DNA of 64,000 bases from a virus (IMGVR_UViG_2700989099_000001:1-64000); one strand, 5' to 3'; numbered from the stretch's first letter, positions 1-11,192 are shown. Notes: generated by a model not told the origin, from the sequence alone. Numbers and translations are program-made.

Positions 1-145
1 ACAGTTTTTTGTGTGTTATGGATATTTTTCCGTAGCACGCTTTTTTGTATTATAATAGTAAGACAAATGTAAAATGAAAAGTATTGACCTCTCAGTGATA
101 TTGTGGTATAATAGTTATATAACAATTGAATGAGAGGAGATAAAT

Positions 146-1165
146 ATGAATGTAGTAGAAGCAAATGTATTATCTATTGTACCACAACCTGATTATGAAG
201 TATATAATGCTATTCAATCATTTTTAGAGTCATCAGGGGTTGAATCAAATAATACGAAAGTAACTTATGAAACAGCAATTAAAGACTTTTTTAAAGCAAC
301 ACGTTCTAAGAGCTTATATGAGCTCTCTAGGAACGATTTAGTCTTTTCCTATATGGATGTAGAGAAGTACCGAAATGGACTCATAGGAACGCTTAAAAAC
401 GCATCTATCAACATTAAAATGATTGCAATTAAAAAGCTCTTCGATAAACTTGTTAAATATGAACTGGTACAAGATAGCAAGCCATTTGAAATGCATAAGT
501 TAAAGGAATATGATATCAAAAGTTATGACTCAATGTCAATTAATGAAGTGCGTAAATGTATAGAGGTCGTAGAGGACTCTAAAAACGGTTTTGAGAAGGG
601 TTTACTTATTCGCTTGGCATTTGTCACAGGATTCCGTAAACACGCTCTAATGACCCTTAAATTCGCAAATATAACTACTCTGAATGGGCAAAATGTTATT
701 AAGGTCTTAGACAAAGGAAATAAATGGTCTACTAAGAAGTTAGATGATGAACTTTATAAAGAAATTATGCAATATAAAGAAACAGTTAATCGTGATAATA
801 TCTTCAACCTATCTAACACAACTGTTCAACGTATGATGAAATTAATTAATAATAAAGTTGACTTCGGTGATAGATATATTACTTTCCACAGTTTTAAAAA
901 AGCAAGTATTGAAGAAGTAGCCGTTCAAACCAACTATGATATTAAAGCAATGCAGTATCAAGGTAATCACGCTGATGTAACAACAACTTTAAACGTGTAC
1001 CTAGCTAAGAAGACGATGGACAATATGCCTACTGTATCATTAACGAGCAATGAACCTGATTTGTCTTCTTTAAAAGATTTGACAAAAGATGATTTGTATG
1101 ATATAATTAGTAAGCTAGACCGTCAAACACAAATTCAAGTAATTGAATTAGCAAACAAGAAATAG
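146..1165 (+). CDS. Tyrosine recombinase/integrase family protein
   Basis: N-terminal core-binding-like region; catalytic motifs TGFR, KGNK, FHSFKK (HxxR with K instead of R), GNH...VY; RBS GAGAGGAG; promoter TTGACC-17-TATAAT upstream. Confidence 0.85.
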   Translation: MNVVEANVLSIVPQPDYEVYNAIQSFLESSGVESNNTKVTYETAIKDFFKATRSKSLYELSRNDLVFSYMDVEKYRNGLIGTLKNASINIKMIAIKKLFDKLVKYELVQDSKPFEMHKLKEYDIKSYDSMSINEVRKCIEVVEDSKNGFEKGLLIRLAFVTGFRKHALMTLKFANITTLNGQNVIKVLDKGNKWSTKKLDDELYKEIMQYKETVNRDNIFNLSNTTVQRMMKLINNKVDFGDRYITFHSFKKASIEEVAVQTNYDIKAMQYQGNHADVTTTLNVYLAKKTMDNMPTVSLTSNEPDLSSLKDLTKDDLYDIISKLDRQTQIQVIELANKK

Positions 1166-1173
1166 AGGTAAAA

Positions 1174-3495
1174 ATGGTAAGCTTAAGAAATAACGAACTT
1201 TCAGTCACAGTAATACCGAAAAGAGTTATCTTTCAAACAGTTAATGAAGAAGATGAAAGCTCATTTACAGTATTAGCTTGTAACGTAGTAGAAAAAGGTA
1301 TAGTTAAATTAAATCAATATGGAAATATCACAATTACTGGGGATAATCTTATGGATTTGCAAATTGATGTCCCAACCCAAGCATACTTGAGTCCGTCAAC
1401 GAACTCTAAGTATCCAGACGGATATACTGCACGTATTCCAGTAGATGATATTCCAGAGACAGCAAAAGGTCAATGGGATTTCCTTCGTTCAGTATTGGGA
1501 GTCACTACAACGGAGAACTTCGCAAAAACCTATAACGATGATGTTAAAATTGTTGATTTTTTATTTGATGAGTTAAATCGAAATGAAATCATAGCGAATG
1601 TTAAAGGTGTTGGAGCAAAAACTTATGCATCATTCATCAAACAACTCAAAAGTAAATCAGAATATGCTAAGACTTATACTTTCCTTTCTGAGTATGGTAT
1701 GACAGATTCATTAATTTTAAAAATCTATCGTAAACACACTGTCTTTAAAGTAATCAAGAATATTGTAGAAAAAGATATTTTTAGATTAACAGAAATCAAT
1801 GGTATAGGATTTAGACGTATTGATGAAATCTATCTCAAACAAGAGGGTTCTAAAAAAGAAGATGAAAAGCGTATTGTTAGTGGACTTGAATATTATATCT
1901 CAGAAAATCAACAAAACGGAAACACTCGTGTTGAGAAGCGTAAGCTTGAACAAGGGAGTCAAACACTTCTTGATATAAATATCGACTATATTAGAAGAAT
2001 AGTTCAACTTAAAACTTTTCATATTCGCAAAGATAATATATTTGATGTTATGAGTCGTGCTGAAAAAGACGGAACATTATTTAAGGGTAAGATTATCGAG
2101 TTCCAAGGTAAATACTCTACTACTAGTACATTTACGACAGAGTGGAACGTATTCAGAGAATTAACTAGTCGTGCATGTAATAAACCAGAAATTGCTGTTG
2201 CAGATATGGATTCAATCATTAAAGATTTTGGTGATAAATCAGGATTCTATCTTAGTGAAGAACAAAGTAATTTCTTCCGAAATTTATTCAAGTCTGAAAT
2301 TAGTTTCCTGTTAGGTTCATCTGGTTCTGGTAAATCTAGTGCTCAAGCAGTATTACTTGAATATACGAAAGCGACAAATCAGTCAGTATTGTTTTTAGCT
2401 CCAACAGGTATGGCTCGTAAACGTATCACAGAGGTAACTGGTAACGTTGCTTATACTATCCACTCATTTATTCGTAGCTCTAAATTAAGTGAGCAAAGTT
2501 TCGACATTTACTTGATTGATGAAGCATCAATGATTGACGTTGAGTTAGCTGAACAACTTCTTAAGAAAATTCCAATGGGTAAGAAAATTATCTTTGTGGG
2601 GGATGGCTCACAGATTCCCTCAGTATCATTTGGGAATTTCCTCTATGATTGCACAAATAACTCTGTTATTAAAATTGATAGATTTACTAAAGTTTTCCGT
2701 CAAAGTGAGGGTGGTATCTTGGATATTGTAACTAAGATTCGTCAAGGTGAACAGTTTCTCCCAAATACATTCAACTCTCGTAAAGTTTTTGGTAATAACT
2801 GTGTTTTCGATATGTCAATGAGTCGTAATGAAAAACCAATTGATAAAGTTCTTACCGCATATAAGAATACTATCAAAACTGGTAAATATACAGAGGACGA
2901 TATCGTAGTTCTTAGTCCAACCAAAAAAGGTAAAAATGGAACAGTTGCTATAAACAACAGTATTCAATCGTTTGTTAACCCTAAAAAATCATTTCGTGAG
3001 TTCAGTTCAGTAACAGATGGAACAGATGTTGTATTTCGTATAGGTGATAGAATCCTTAATAAGAAGAACCGTAAAGATGTACCTTTGTATCATAAAACAT
3101 CAGGTGAAATGTACGTCTATAGTAACAAAAATGTAGATATTGTAAATGGAGATATCGGACATATCATAGCTATGGAAGGTAAATCTGTTTATGCTAAATT
3201 CGATGACTCAATCCTTCTTTTTAGTATGTCAGACTTTAATAATCAATCAATCATTCACGGATGGGCGATGACAGGTCATAAATCTCAAGGTTCTGAATTT
3301 AAAGTAGTTATCTGTTTGTTTGAACGTAGTTCTAAATTCCAAATGAATGGAAACCTACTCTATACTATGACAAGTCGTGCAAAAGAACTCTTGCTCGTAT
3401 TAGGAGATATCTCAACGATTAATTCGTCATTGAAGAAATTTGAAAATACGAGTCGTGAGACTAATCTTCTTGACTTCTTCAATTTAAAAAAATAA
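1174..3495 (+). CDS. RecD2/Dda-like SF1B DNA helicase
   Basis: HhH motifs (VKGVGAKT, INGIGF), Walker A GSSGSGKS, LAPTG, IDEASM, VGDGSQIPSV, FRQ, TGHKSQGSEF, LYTMTSRAK. Confidence 0.92.
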   Translation: MVSLRNNELSVTVIPKRVIFQTVNEEDESSFTVLACNVVEKGIVKLNQYGNITITGDNLMDLQIDVPTQAYLSPSTNSKYPDGYTARIPVDDIPETAKGQWDFLRSVLGVTTTENFAKTYNDDVKIVDFLFDELNRNEIIANVKGVGAKTYASFIKQLKSKSEYAKTYTFLSEYGMTDSLILKIYRKHTVFKVIKNIVEKDIFRLTEINGIGFRRIDEIYLKQEGSKKEDEKRIVSGLEYYISENQQNGNTRVEKRKLEQGSQTLLDINIDYIRRIVQLKTFHIRKDNIFDVMSRAEKDGTLFKGKIIEFQGKYSTTSTFTTEWNVFRELTSRACNKPEIAVADMDSIIKDFGDKSGFYLSEEQSNFFRNLFKSEISFLLGSSGSGKSSAQAVLLEYTKATNQSVLFLAPTGMARKRITEVTGNVAYTIHSFIRSSKLSEQSFDIYLIDEASMIDVELAEQLLKKIPMGKKIIFVGDGSQIPSVSFGNFLYDCTNNSVIKIDRFTKVFRQSEGGILDIVTKIRQGEQFLPNTFNSRKVFGNNCVFDMSMSRNEKPIDKVLTAYKNTIKTGKYTEDDIVVLSPTKKGKNGTVAINNSIQSFVNPKKSFREFSSVTDGTDVVFRIGDRILNKKNRKDVPLYHKTSGEMYVYSNKNVDIVNGDIGHIIAMEGKSVYAKFDDSILLFSMSDFNNQSIIHGWAMTGHKSQGSEFKVVICLFERSSKFQMNGNLLYTMTSRAKELLLVLGDISTINSSLKKFENTSRETNLLDFFNLKK

Positions 3496-3532
3496 GCAAC
3501 ATTATTGTAAGAGAAATGACATAACATTCTAT

Positions 3533-3561
3533 TTGACATTTCTCTCTTATTATGGTATAAT
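3533..3561 (+). promoter_or_regulatory. sigma-A promoter with extended -10 (representative of about 20 similar + strand promoters)
   Basis: TTGACA-17 bp-TATAAT with TG; same architecture near 5549, 8608, 25209, 28760, 32155, 34724, 40843, 47242, 49498, 50292, 51167, 53891, 55171, 61110. Confidence 0.85.
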
Positions 3562-3591
3562 ATATAAATACCGTAAAGAAAAGGAGAAAAA

Positions 3592-4203
3592 ATGATAAAC
3601 ATTTTTGCGGAAGACTTCAATAACTTCATCAAAGAACACAATATCGAAATCAATACTATGCAAGACATGATTAACGCTATTGAATACTTTGAAAACTATG
3701 ACGATATTGAAGCTCTTGAAAAACATAACGAATTTTTTGACGAGGTTCAACTAGCGTTCGTACACCCTACACCTTTATCTTCTGATGAAGACGTAAATCT
3801 TTCTAAGAAAGAAGTGTGTGACCTTCTCGGACAACTCAAAAAAGCAGAGAATAGAGAAGACAGAAATGAAATTATTTTCCTTATGGCAAATGAAATCAAC
3901 TCTGCATATAAACATCTCTCATTATTTTATGCTAATGAAAAATTTTTGACCGATTCATATGATTTCGTAAATCATGTCATGGAGAGCTTTCATGCTCGTG
4001 GGGTTAAATATGATTTAGATGAAATGGACACTGTAATTGAAAATTCATTCGCACAACGTGACTTGTATATGGATACATTCAATACAGATAATATCCTTGT
4101 ATTTTTTAACTCAGTTGATAATTCAGGTGGGGCGCTAAAATTAGATACGATGCAGGATATCGCAGTCTTCACAAAAGTCATTAGTGACTTAATCAAAGAA
4201 TAA
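3592..4203 (+). CDS. Hypothetical acidic protein
   Basis: 203-aa ORF with AAGGAG RBS and its own promoter. Confidence 0.75.
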   Translation: MINIFAEDFNNFIKEHNIEINTMQDMINAIEYFENYDDIEALEKHNEFFDEVQLAFVHPTPLSSDEDVNLSKKEVCDLLGQLKKAENREDRNEIIFLMANEINSAYKHLSLFYANEKFLTDSYDFVNHVMESFHARGVKYDLDEMDTVIENSFAQRDLYMDTFNTDNILVFFNSVDNSGGALKLDTMQDIAVFTKVISDLIKE

Positions 4204-4259
4204 AGAAAAGCAAATAACTAGAGTATGAATTAATTCATACCGAAAGGAAAACTTATACA

Positions 4260-4949
4260 TTGAAAAAATCAACTATTTTAACTATCGCAACAGCAACTAT
4301 TTTGACACTCGGTGCTACACTCCCAACATATGCCAAGGCTGAGGAAGTTAAAGAAGGAAACACTACTTTTTATGTGGTAGAATCTGGTGACACTCTCTCT
4401 AAAATTTCTGAAAAATATGGTGTTGACTTTACAGTAATACATGCGAATAACGCAGACCAAATCTCAGATGCAGATTTAATCTTCGCAGGTCAAAAACTTA
4501 TTGTAGATGGTGAAGGGTTTGATAAAACCAAAACCACAGCAGTTTTTAAAGAGGATACACAAGAAGTTGAAATTAAACCTCTAACACCTGTAGAAGAAGT
4601 CCCTGTAGATTCAACACCAGAATCAGCACCAGTTCAAGAAGCACCTCCTGTTTCAACTCCTGCTCCTACTGGTGGAATTGACCTTAATCAAACATCAGGC
4701 TCAGTTGACATTAACGCTTTAGCAAACTATTTAGCTGGTGCAGGGATGTCTGCTGGATATTCAGCAGGTGAATGGGCTTATATCATTCAGCGTGAATCAA
4801 ATGGTAGTGTAACAGCAACTAATGCATCATCAGGTGCTTATGGTGCATTGCAATTGCTTGGTCATGGTGAGTATCAAGGGATGACGCTCGGTGAACAAAT
4901 TGATATGGCTCGTGGGTTGCCACAAGGTTCATGGGTAGTCTATCCGTAA
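4260..4949 (+). CDS. Secreted LysM protein with C-terminal lysozyme-like/transglycosylase domain (APF-like)
   Basis: Signal peptide (MKKSTILT...AKA), LysM (YVVESGDTLSKIS...LIFAGQKL), P/A/E-rich linker, WAYIIQRESNG...SSGAYGALQ motif. Confidence 0.85.
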   Translation: MKKSTILTIATATILTLGATLPTYAKAEEVKEGNTTFYVVESGDTLSKISEKYGVDFTVIHANNADQISDADLIFAGQKLIVDGEGFDKTKTTAVFKEDTQEVEIKPLTPVEEVPVDSTPESAPVQEAPPVSTPAPTGGIDLNQTSGSVDINALANYLAGAGMSAGYSAGEWAYIIQRESNGSVTATNASSGAYGALQLLGHGEYQGMTLGEQIDMARGLPQGSWVVYP

Positions 4950-4962
4950 GAAAGAAGATTAA

Positions 4963-5517
4963 ATGTATCCAACACAATATGAAAACATACCAAAATCAAA
5001 GTTTATGAAATCTAATTTAGAAGGAGTAGCATGTATCATCTTTACCACTCCTGAGCTAGAGGACGTTGACCCTAGAGAATTTGCAGACCTGTATACTCCA
5101 CACGTTCGTAAATATGCTGAGAGCTCAGACGATTACATTTTTATTGTAGCAGAAGACCTTCCATTAGGCTTTAGTGACAATTACAAATATAATCTGCCAA
5201 AACTCGAACATGTTTACAAGATTGATGAGTTCTTACGAAAGAATCATGATAAGAAGATTCTAGCGGTTTGTGATGCAGGTATTTCACGGTCTGGTTTTGT
5301 ATCATTTATGCTTGACATGAAAAATCATAATTATGATAAAATAGCTGTCATGGCTGATTATGATGGTGCTTGGATGTTTAATCGTAGTCGTAGAGTAGTT
5401 ACAGAAGGTAACATCTACTTAGCAAACTCGGCTTACTGTGGATTCTTACGAGAATCACAAATACTAACTATTGAAGAAGAAGTCGAATATGACAATATGA
5501 TAAAAAGAGGAGAGTAA
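4963..5517 (+). CDS. Protein tyrosine/dual-specificity phosphatase-like protein
   Basis: CX5R P-loop VCDAGISRS. Confidence 0.65.
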   Translation: MYPTQYENIPKSKFMKSNLEGVACIIFTTPELEDVDPREFADLYTPHVRKYAESSDDYIFIVAEDLPLGFSDNYKYNLPKLEHVYKIDEFLRKNHDKKILAVCDAGISRSGFVSFMLDMKNHNYDKIAVMADYDGAWMFNRSRRVVTEGNIYLANSAYCGFLRESQILTIEEEVEYDNMIKRGE

Positions 5518-5535
5518 ATCTTCTCTTTTTTTTTT
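5502..5535 (+). terminator. Rho-independent terminator
   Basis: AAAAGAGGAG/CTTCTCTTTT stem followed by a T-run. Confidence 0.7.
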
Positions 5536-5613
5536 ATGCACTCGATACTTGACAAATTGAATATGATATGATATAATTATATATATAGAATATTAATCAG
5601 AAAGGAGATTTAA

Positions 5614-5997
5614 TTGGAAGAACAAGTATTAGGAATATCATTAGTCTCGGAAGTGGATGGAAAACGTGAACCATATTTTGTAGGAAATTTCATTGAAACA
5701 ATGTTTGGTGTTCCATTAAACACATTAATTGAAAACATTGATGTTTCAGAGAACGAATCTGATAAACTTTATGATGTAGTATTTACTTTCTTAAATAACA
5801 CTGAATTAGAGTTTTCACTTCTTAAAAATCAACTAGCAATATGGCACACTGACGAACCTGATGTCTATAACAAGTTTAAAAAAGAATCAGAACGTAGTTC
5901 AGAAGCTTATCTTGATAGTTTAGAAGAACAAGAAGAAGAATTGGAAAAAATTAATAAAGAAAAAACTATACGTAGCTTGAAACCTAATGGTATCTAA
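5614..5997 (+). CDS. Hypothetical protein
   Basis: TTG start, AAAGGAG RBS, promoter upstream. Confidence 0.7.
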   Translation: MEEQVLGISLVSEVDGKREPYFVGNFIETMFGVPLNTLIENIDVSENESDKLYDVVFTFLNNTELEFSLLKNQLAIWHTDEPDVYNKFKKESERSSEAYLDSLEEQEEELEKINKEKTIRSLKPNGI

Positions 5998-6012
5998 GGA
6001 GAATAGAATAAA

Positions 6013-6366
6013 ATGAATGATGCACAAAAACACGAAAAAATAATTGAAGAAATTCATGACATGTTCATAAAGAAAAATGCAGACTATGGTAATTCATTCG
6101 AGAAGAGTTTGGATGAGTGGGGCTTGATTGTTTCGGCAATGAGAGTTCAAGAGAAACTTGACCGTGTAAAAACTTCGCTTAAGCATGAGCTTAAAGTAAA
6201 AGACGAGTCAGTAGAGGATTCATTCCTCGATATTGCCAACTACGCTATTATGACAGTAATGTGGTTGCGAAAAGAAAAAGAAAAGAAAGAAGAATCAATG
6301 ACTTATGAAGAGTATGAAGCGAATCTGGATAAGAAAGCAACTGATGAACGCATACTATGGAAATAG
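6013..6366 (+). CDS. Nucleotide modification-associated domain (DUF1599/Nmad1-like) protein
   Basis: KKNADYGNSF...EKLDR...DESVEDSFLDIANYAIM signature. Confidence 0.8.
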   Translation: MNDAQKHEKIIEEIHDMFIKKNADYGNSFEKSLDEWGLIVSAMRVQEKLDRVKTSLKHELKVKDESVEDSFLDIANYAIMTVMWLRKEKEKKEESMTYEEYEANLDKKATDERILWK

Positions 6367-6395
6367 ATTTTAAATAAGTCATTCAGGAAATAGAA

Positions 6396-7203
6396 ATGAA
6401 TAAATACGATGGAGATTTTAGTCATGTAGAAGTGACACAATTAATTGAGTATGAAGATGAGTTGAATTGCGATATTGATTTGTATAACGAAAGCATTATT
6501 CGCTTGCAGTTGAGTTATCAACGAGGAGAAAAACCATTCAAAGAATATATGAGTGAGTTTGAAATACTCAATGATAAAATTGAGCAACTACGTGAGTATC
6601 GAGACAACTTAACTTTAGTTATTAATTCTCGAATAAGAGAATTTGATAATGATAATATTTTTGAGCTAGACAATGAGGAATTTGTGGAACAGTTCTACAA
6701 AGAAATGAAGAATGGAGGTTATGGACTTTGATTGACTATGAAACAAGAGATAAATTTAAAAAAGAATTACCTGAAAAAACAAATGAAGAATTGTTGGGTC
6801 TAATTAGAGAATTTACAAAAAAATCTCGTGAACTACTAACTTCTCTAGCAAGATATGAAACAAGTGATGATTATGCAATTATTCAACAAATTATTGATAA
6901 TGAATATTATCGAACAACAGCAATAGATTATTTAGTTGGAGGTTCTATTTAATGTTAATAAAAACTTTGAAGGTTATTAATCACTATGAAAGTGGGTTTT
7001 TAGATAAATCATCTAAAATAACAGTAGAAATATTCGATGTAGACCGTAATGTAAAGATTATAGAAGGTGACATTGCTCGTGACAATATGAACGAAATTCT
7101 TAAAGGTATAAAAATAGGAATTAATATGGCAGGATATCAAGTTACAGTTTTACCAATTGAAGAATATGATGACTTGACAAAAGCAGTTCGTAAAGTAAAG
7201 TAG
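6396..7203 (+). CDS. Three coupled small hypothetical ORFs (6396-6731, 6728-6952, 6952-7203)
   Basis: Overlapping stop/start codons with GGAGG RBS. Confidence 0.6.
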
Positions 7204-7206
7204 ATT

Positions 7207-7563
7207 TTGAGGTTTAAAATGATTAAAAAAATAACTCAAACTTTCGAAGTAAGAGGTGAAATAATCATTATTAAAGAGTTTGCTAAATTTGATGACTCAG
7301 GTAATTTAATATATGACAAAACTCTTGATGATATCGCAATGAATAAGATATACGAAATATATCGAGAGAGAATGGGTTACTATAGTTTAGAGATGATACG
7401 CCAACTAATCTTTTATTATGCAGGAGGATATGAGAAGGCATCTGAAATATCAGGACTCTCTAAGTTAAGTCTTAAATTACTTTGCAATGGAAGTCTTGCG
7501 ACACAATATGAAGAAGACAGATTGGAACTTATAGTTAAAGCAGGTCTTGTGTTACAAACATAG
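7207..7563 (+). CDS. MqsA-family antitoxin-like/XRE HTH protein, no cognate toxin seen (start probably ATG 7219)
   Basis: TFEVRGE...GNLIYDKTLDD...YEIYRERMG...EMIRQL...NGSL pattern recalls Firmicute MqsA-like proteins (pattern recognition only). Confidence 0.55.
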   Translation: MRFKMIKKITQTFEVRGEIIIIKEFAKFDDSGNLIYDKTLDDIAMNKIYEIYRERMGYYSLEMIRQLIFYYAGGYEKASEISGLSKLSLKLLCNGSLATQYEEDRLELIVKAGLVLQT

Positions 7564-7632
7564 AAGTTAATCACGGAACATATACATCAATGGTGACAAC
7601 ACTTACCAAGAGGTAAGAGGAAGGAAGCCAAA

Positions 7633-8229
7633 GTGGCTAAATTATTTTTTAAATATGGAACAATGAAATCAGGTAAATCAACACACTTATTGATGACTAA
7701 GCACAATTACACAAGTCAAAATAAAAGAGTGTTGGTATATACAAGTAGTAAGGATACAAGGTGGGGGAGTGAAAAAGTAATCTCACGAATTGGAATCAAC
7801 AGTTTTGCATTATCTGTAACAGATGAGATTTTTTATGAGATTAAAGAGGAACACTTTAAAAATACTATCTCTTGTATCTTAGTAGATGAAGCTCAATTTC
7901 TTTCTGCGGAACAAATTGTCGCTCTTTGTGCGGTTGTAGACACTCTAGGAATACCTGTGATATGCTATGGATTAAAAAACGATTTTAGAAATGCTCTCTT
8001 CGAAGGCTCTAAAACTCTACTAGAGCTTGCAGATGAAATTGAATTAATCAAAACCGTCTGTGAACATCACACGTGTGGTAAAAAGGCAACAATGAATTTA
8101 CGATTAGTAGATGGTAAACCAATTTATAAAGGTGAGCAGTTTCAACTAGGCGATGAGGATTATGTTCCAGTATGTCGGAAGCATTATTATCATTATGAGG
8201 AGGATGAAGATGGTAGATACTTTAGCTGA
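7633..8229 (+). CDS. tdk: Thymidine kinase
   Basis: YGTMKSGKS P-loop, LVDEAQF, YGLKNDFR, C-terminal Zn site (C..C, VCRKHY). Confidence 0.95.
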   Translation: MAKLFFKYGTMKSGKSTHLLMTKHNYTSQNKRVLVYTSSKDTRWGSEKVISRIGINSFALSVTDEIFYEIKEEHFKNTISCILVDEAQFLSAEQIVALCAVVDTLGIPVICYGLKNDFRNALFEGSKTLLELADEIELIKTVCEHHTCGKKATMNLRLVDGKPIYKGEQFQLGDEDYVPVCRKHYYHYEEDEDGRYFS

Positions 8230-10796
8230 TTTAGTTCCTCTATATGGAATAATTCTTGTTATTGCCATATGGTGGTTTGGAAGTTATCTGGTTAGTAGAC
8301 AATATTCTAAAGATTTAGAATTATTAGAACGCCACGATAAAATGAAAATTAAATTGGGAGAAGAGTTAAATGTTCCAAAAGAAGAGGTTCTTGAAATGTG
8401 GTTCGATAGAAGTCTCAAAGATGCAAAGGGAGTATATGTAATTGACAATAAGATATTTAGCAATTATATCTTTACTGTTAAATATACAACCAAAGAAAAT
8501 AGTTACGAAGTTGAAACTTTTACCAAAGCTCAAAAGGAAGTGGCAGATTTTTAAGGAGTCTAAAGATTCCTTTTTTTATTTGTTAGAAAATTGTAACAAC
8601 ATATTCATTGACAAATGGGTATGATTATGTTATAATATATAATATAGATAAAACAAATAAAGGAGGATTCCATATGTATTTGTTATTTAGTATCTTGTTT
8701 CCTATATTAGTAATATTTCTACTAATTGCAGTAATAACAATTATTGTCTTGGCTCAAAAAGAAAAGTCATCAGAATTACCAAAAATGACATTCAAAAGAA
8801 GGAAAAAGAAAAAATGATTATCATATTTTGTATTCTTTTACTTATAATTTTATTCTACTACTCGTGTAAACAAACCAAGAATCATACACAGAAAATAAAA
8901 GAAACTAAAAGAGTGCTAAAAGAAATTAAAAAAGCACTAAAACATAAATAAACATAAGGAGGAAATTAAATGTTTTGGATTTTAGCTATACTAGTAATAT
9001 ACATGTTTTATCGCCCTAAAGAGATGATTATGATTTTCTTTACTCTAGCATTTTTTGGATTTGGGTATTGGATATTTAGTTTTATATCATCAGAACCAGT
9101 ACTTACTTTTTCAATCTCTATATTTGTAATTTGGATTTTGTCTTTGTTACTAGGATTGATAAATAAAACAACAGAGGAAGATAAAAATGAAGATGACACC
9201 TAAAGAAGAATATTTATTAAATTGTTTAAGAAATATTGCTGAAACATCTAATGAATCAGATATTGCAAATTTTGCAGACCAAGCAATATACATCTCTGGC
9301 TCTTTTCCAGAGGAAGAAAGTATCGTAGAAGAATACACAAAATTAGTTAATGAATTGTGGGGATGCTATTGTAGTGAAGAACCACCATCATATAACCTAT
9401 ACGAAAGATTTGAGGACTTAAATATAAAATGAAAAATTCAGAAAATGTTATTAATGAAATTCTTAATGAATTGACGTTGCAGTATGTTCCAGTATGCGTA
9501 GCAGACTTCATTGACAGATATCCTGATATTGAAGACACATCAATGCTTTATATTTACAAAGATTTTGTTGAGAGTGACGCTTGGCATGAGTTTTGTTTAA
9601 TTGAAGACTCATTAGAAAAATATGGTCGCTGGGATGATATGCTTTATAAGGCAATTCGTTTTGGATATGTAATGGATATTAAAGAACCTCTTTGTTATCT
9701 CCGAAACACAGTTGCTTATAAAGAGATTGAAGGTAATGAAGTTGTTGACTACAAAGATTTATACTTAGCATCTGACGGAACTCTTGTATCTAATAAACTT
9801 TTTGCAAAGAAGTTTAAAATGGAAGAGGTTGAAGAGGTTGAGAGTGGAGTCTATGAATTAGAATTTATCGAGGAAAAATAAATGAGAACATATAAAGGAT
9901 TTATACAAAGACTTGACAAAGTAATAGATATTTTAAATAAAATAATAACAAATAAAAAACAAAAAGATTATACAAAAGAAGATTTACTTCTTATCGCTAA
10001 ATGCTATAGATATATTTCAAGAAGCTATCTCAAGATGGCTAAAATAAATAGTACAGTAAGTGCGGGCTCAGGCTTTTCGTTTGAATCTTATGAGAAAGGG
10101 AAATAACATGTATTTAGTAATGATTGAAACATGTAAAGATGAAACAAACATTCCCTATTATGAGACTCGTAATGTAAAAGGAGACCAAAATCTCCTAGAA
10201 GAATTACATCATATTAGAGATGTCGAAGGGTACTCACAAGAAAGCATTAAAACATTTATCAAGAAAATAGATGAAAATGGTCTAGTATCATGGGAGGAAA
10301 TATTATATGAATTTTAATGACGTTTTAACTCTAGCAGTTTTAATTGCGGGATTACTTATTAATAAATGGATAAATAAAAAATATGGAGATGATTAAATGA
10401 AAGTTAAAGAATTAATCAAAGTGCTAGAAAATCAACCACAAGATATGGAAGTATGTTTTGATTATAGTGATGGATGGTCAACTGATGACATTGACGAAAT
10501 TATCATTACAAATAGATATTATGATTATGATTTTGAAAAAGTAGTAGTCTTAAAATAGGAGAAAAATTATGAAAGAAACAGTAGCAGTTATTTTAATTTG
10601 GGTTGGCGCAACAGTAATGAATATTTCGTTTTGGGTATGGTTAATTTCATTACTTGTGTGGAAATTCTTTGCAGTGGTTGGTGCATCAACAGTTATCTAT
10701 CCATCATTTTATTTCTTAGTTGGAGGAATCATCACATTTGTAGCAGGTTTAATTTTTGGTACAATGTTAACTAAAGAAGACATTTCTAAATGGTAA
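8210..10796 (+). CDS. Run of small hypothetical ORFs, several of them membrane peptides (e.g. 8210-8554, 8970-9203, 9187-9432, 9429-9881, 9882-10106, 10569-10796)
   Basis: Closely packed ORFs with RBS; hydrophobic segments; no recognised domain. Confidence 0.6.
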
Positions 10797-10813
10797 TTTA
10801 AGGAGGATGATAG

Positions 10814-11191
10814 ATGGGTGAAGTATTTAAAGTCATCGTAGCAGGTGGTCGTGACTTCGGAAACTATACATATCTCAAAGAGTCATTAGATAGAATCTTG
10901 GAAGACATTAAAGAACCAATCGTAATTGTATCAGGTGGTGCAAGCGGAGCAGATATGTTAGGTGAAAAATACGCTCGTGATAAGGGGTATGAGGTAGAAC
11001 GACATCCAGCTCAATGGGAATTGTTTGGTCGTGGTGCAGGACATCGAAGAAATGCAGAGATGGGAATTTCTGTAAAGAATAATGGAAAAGGAATGCTGGT
11101 AGCATTTTGGGATATGAAGTCAAAAGGCACATCTAACATGATTGATGTGGCAGAGAGATATAATATCCCCTATAGAGTAATAAAGTATTGA
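10814..11191 (+). CDS. SLOG-family (DUF2493/YspA-like) protein
   Basis: VIVAGGRDF...IVSGGASGAD...AGHRRNAEM...AFWD..SKGT motifs. Confidence 0.85.
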   Translation: MGEVFKVIVAGGRDFGNYTYLKESLDRILEDIKEPIVIVSGGASGADMLGEKYARDKGYEVERHPAQWELFGRGAGHRRNAEMGISVKNNGKGMLVAFWDMKSKGTSNMIDVAERYNIPYRVIKY

Positions 11192-11192
11192 G

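Noticed and set aside
146-1165. Evidence that the window is an integrated prophage
   Set aside because: No att sites, host genes or lysogeny control module are visible; the recombinase alone is insufficient
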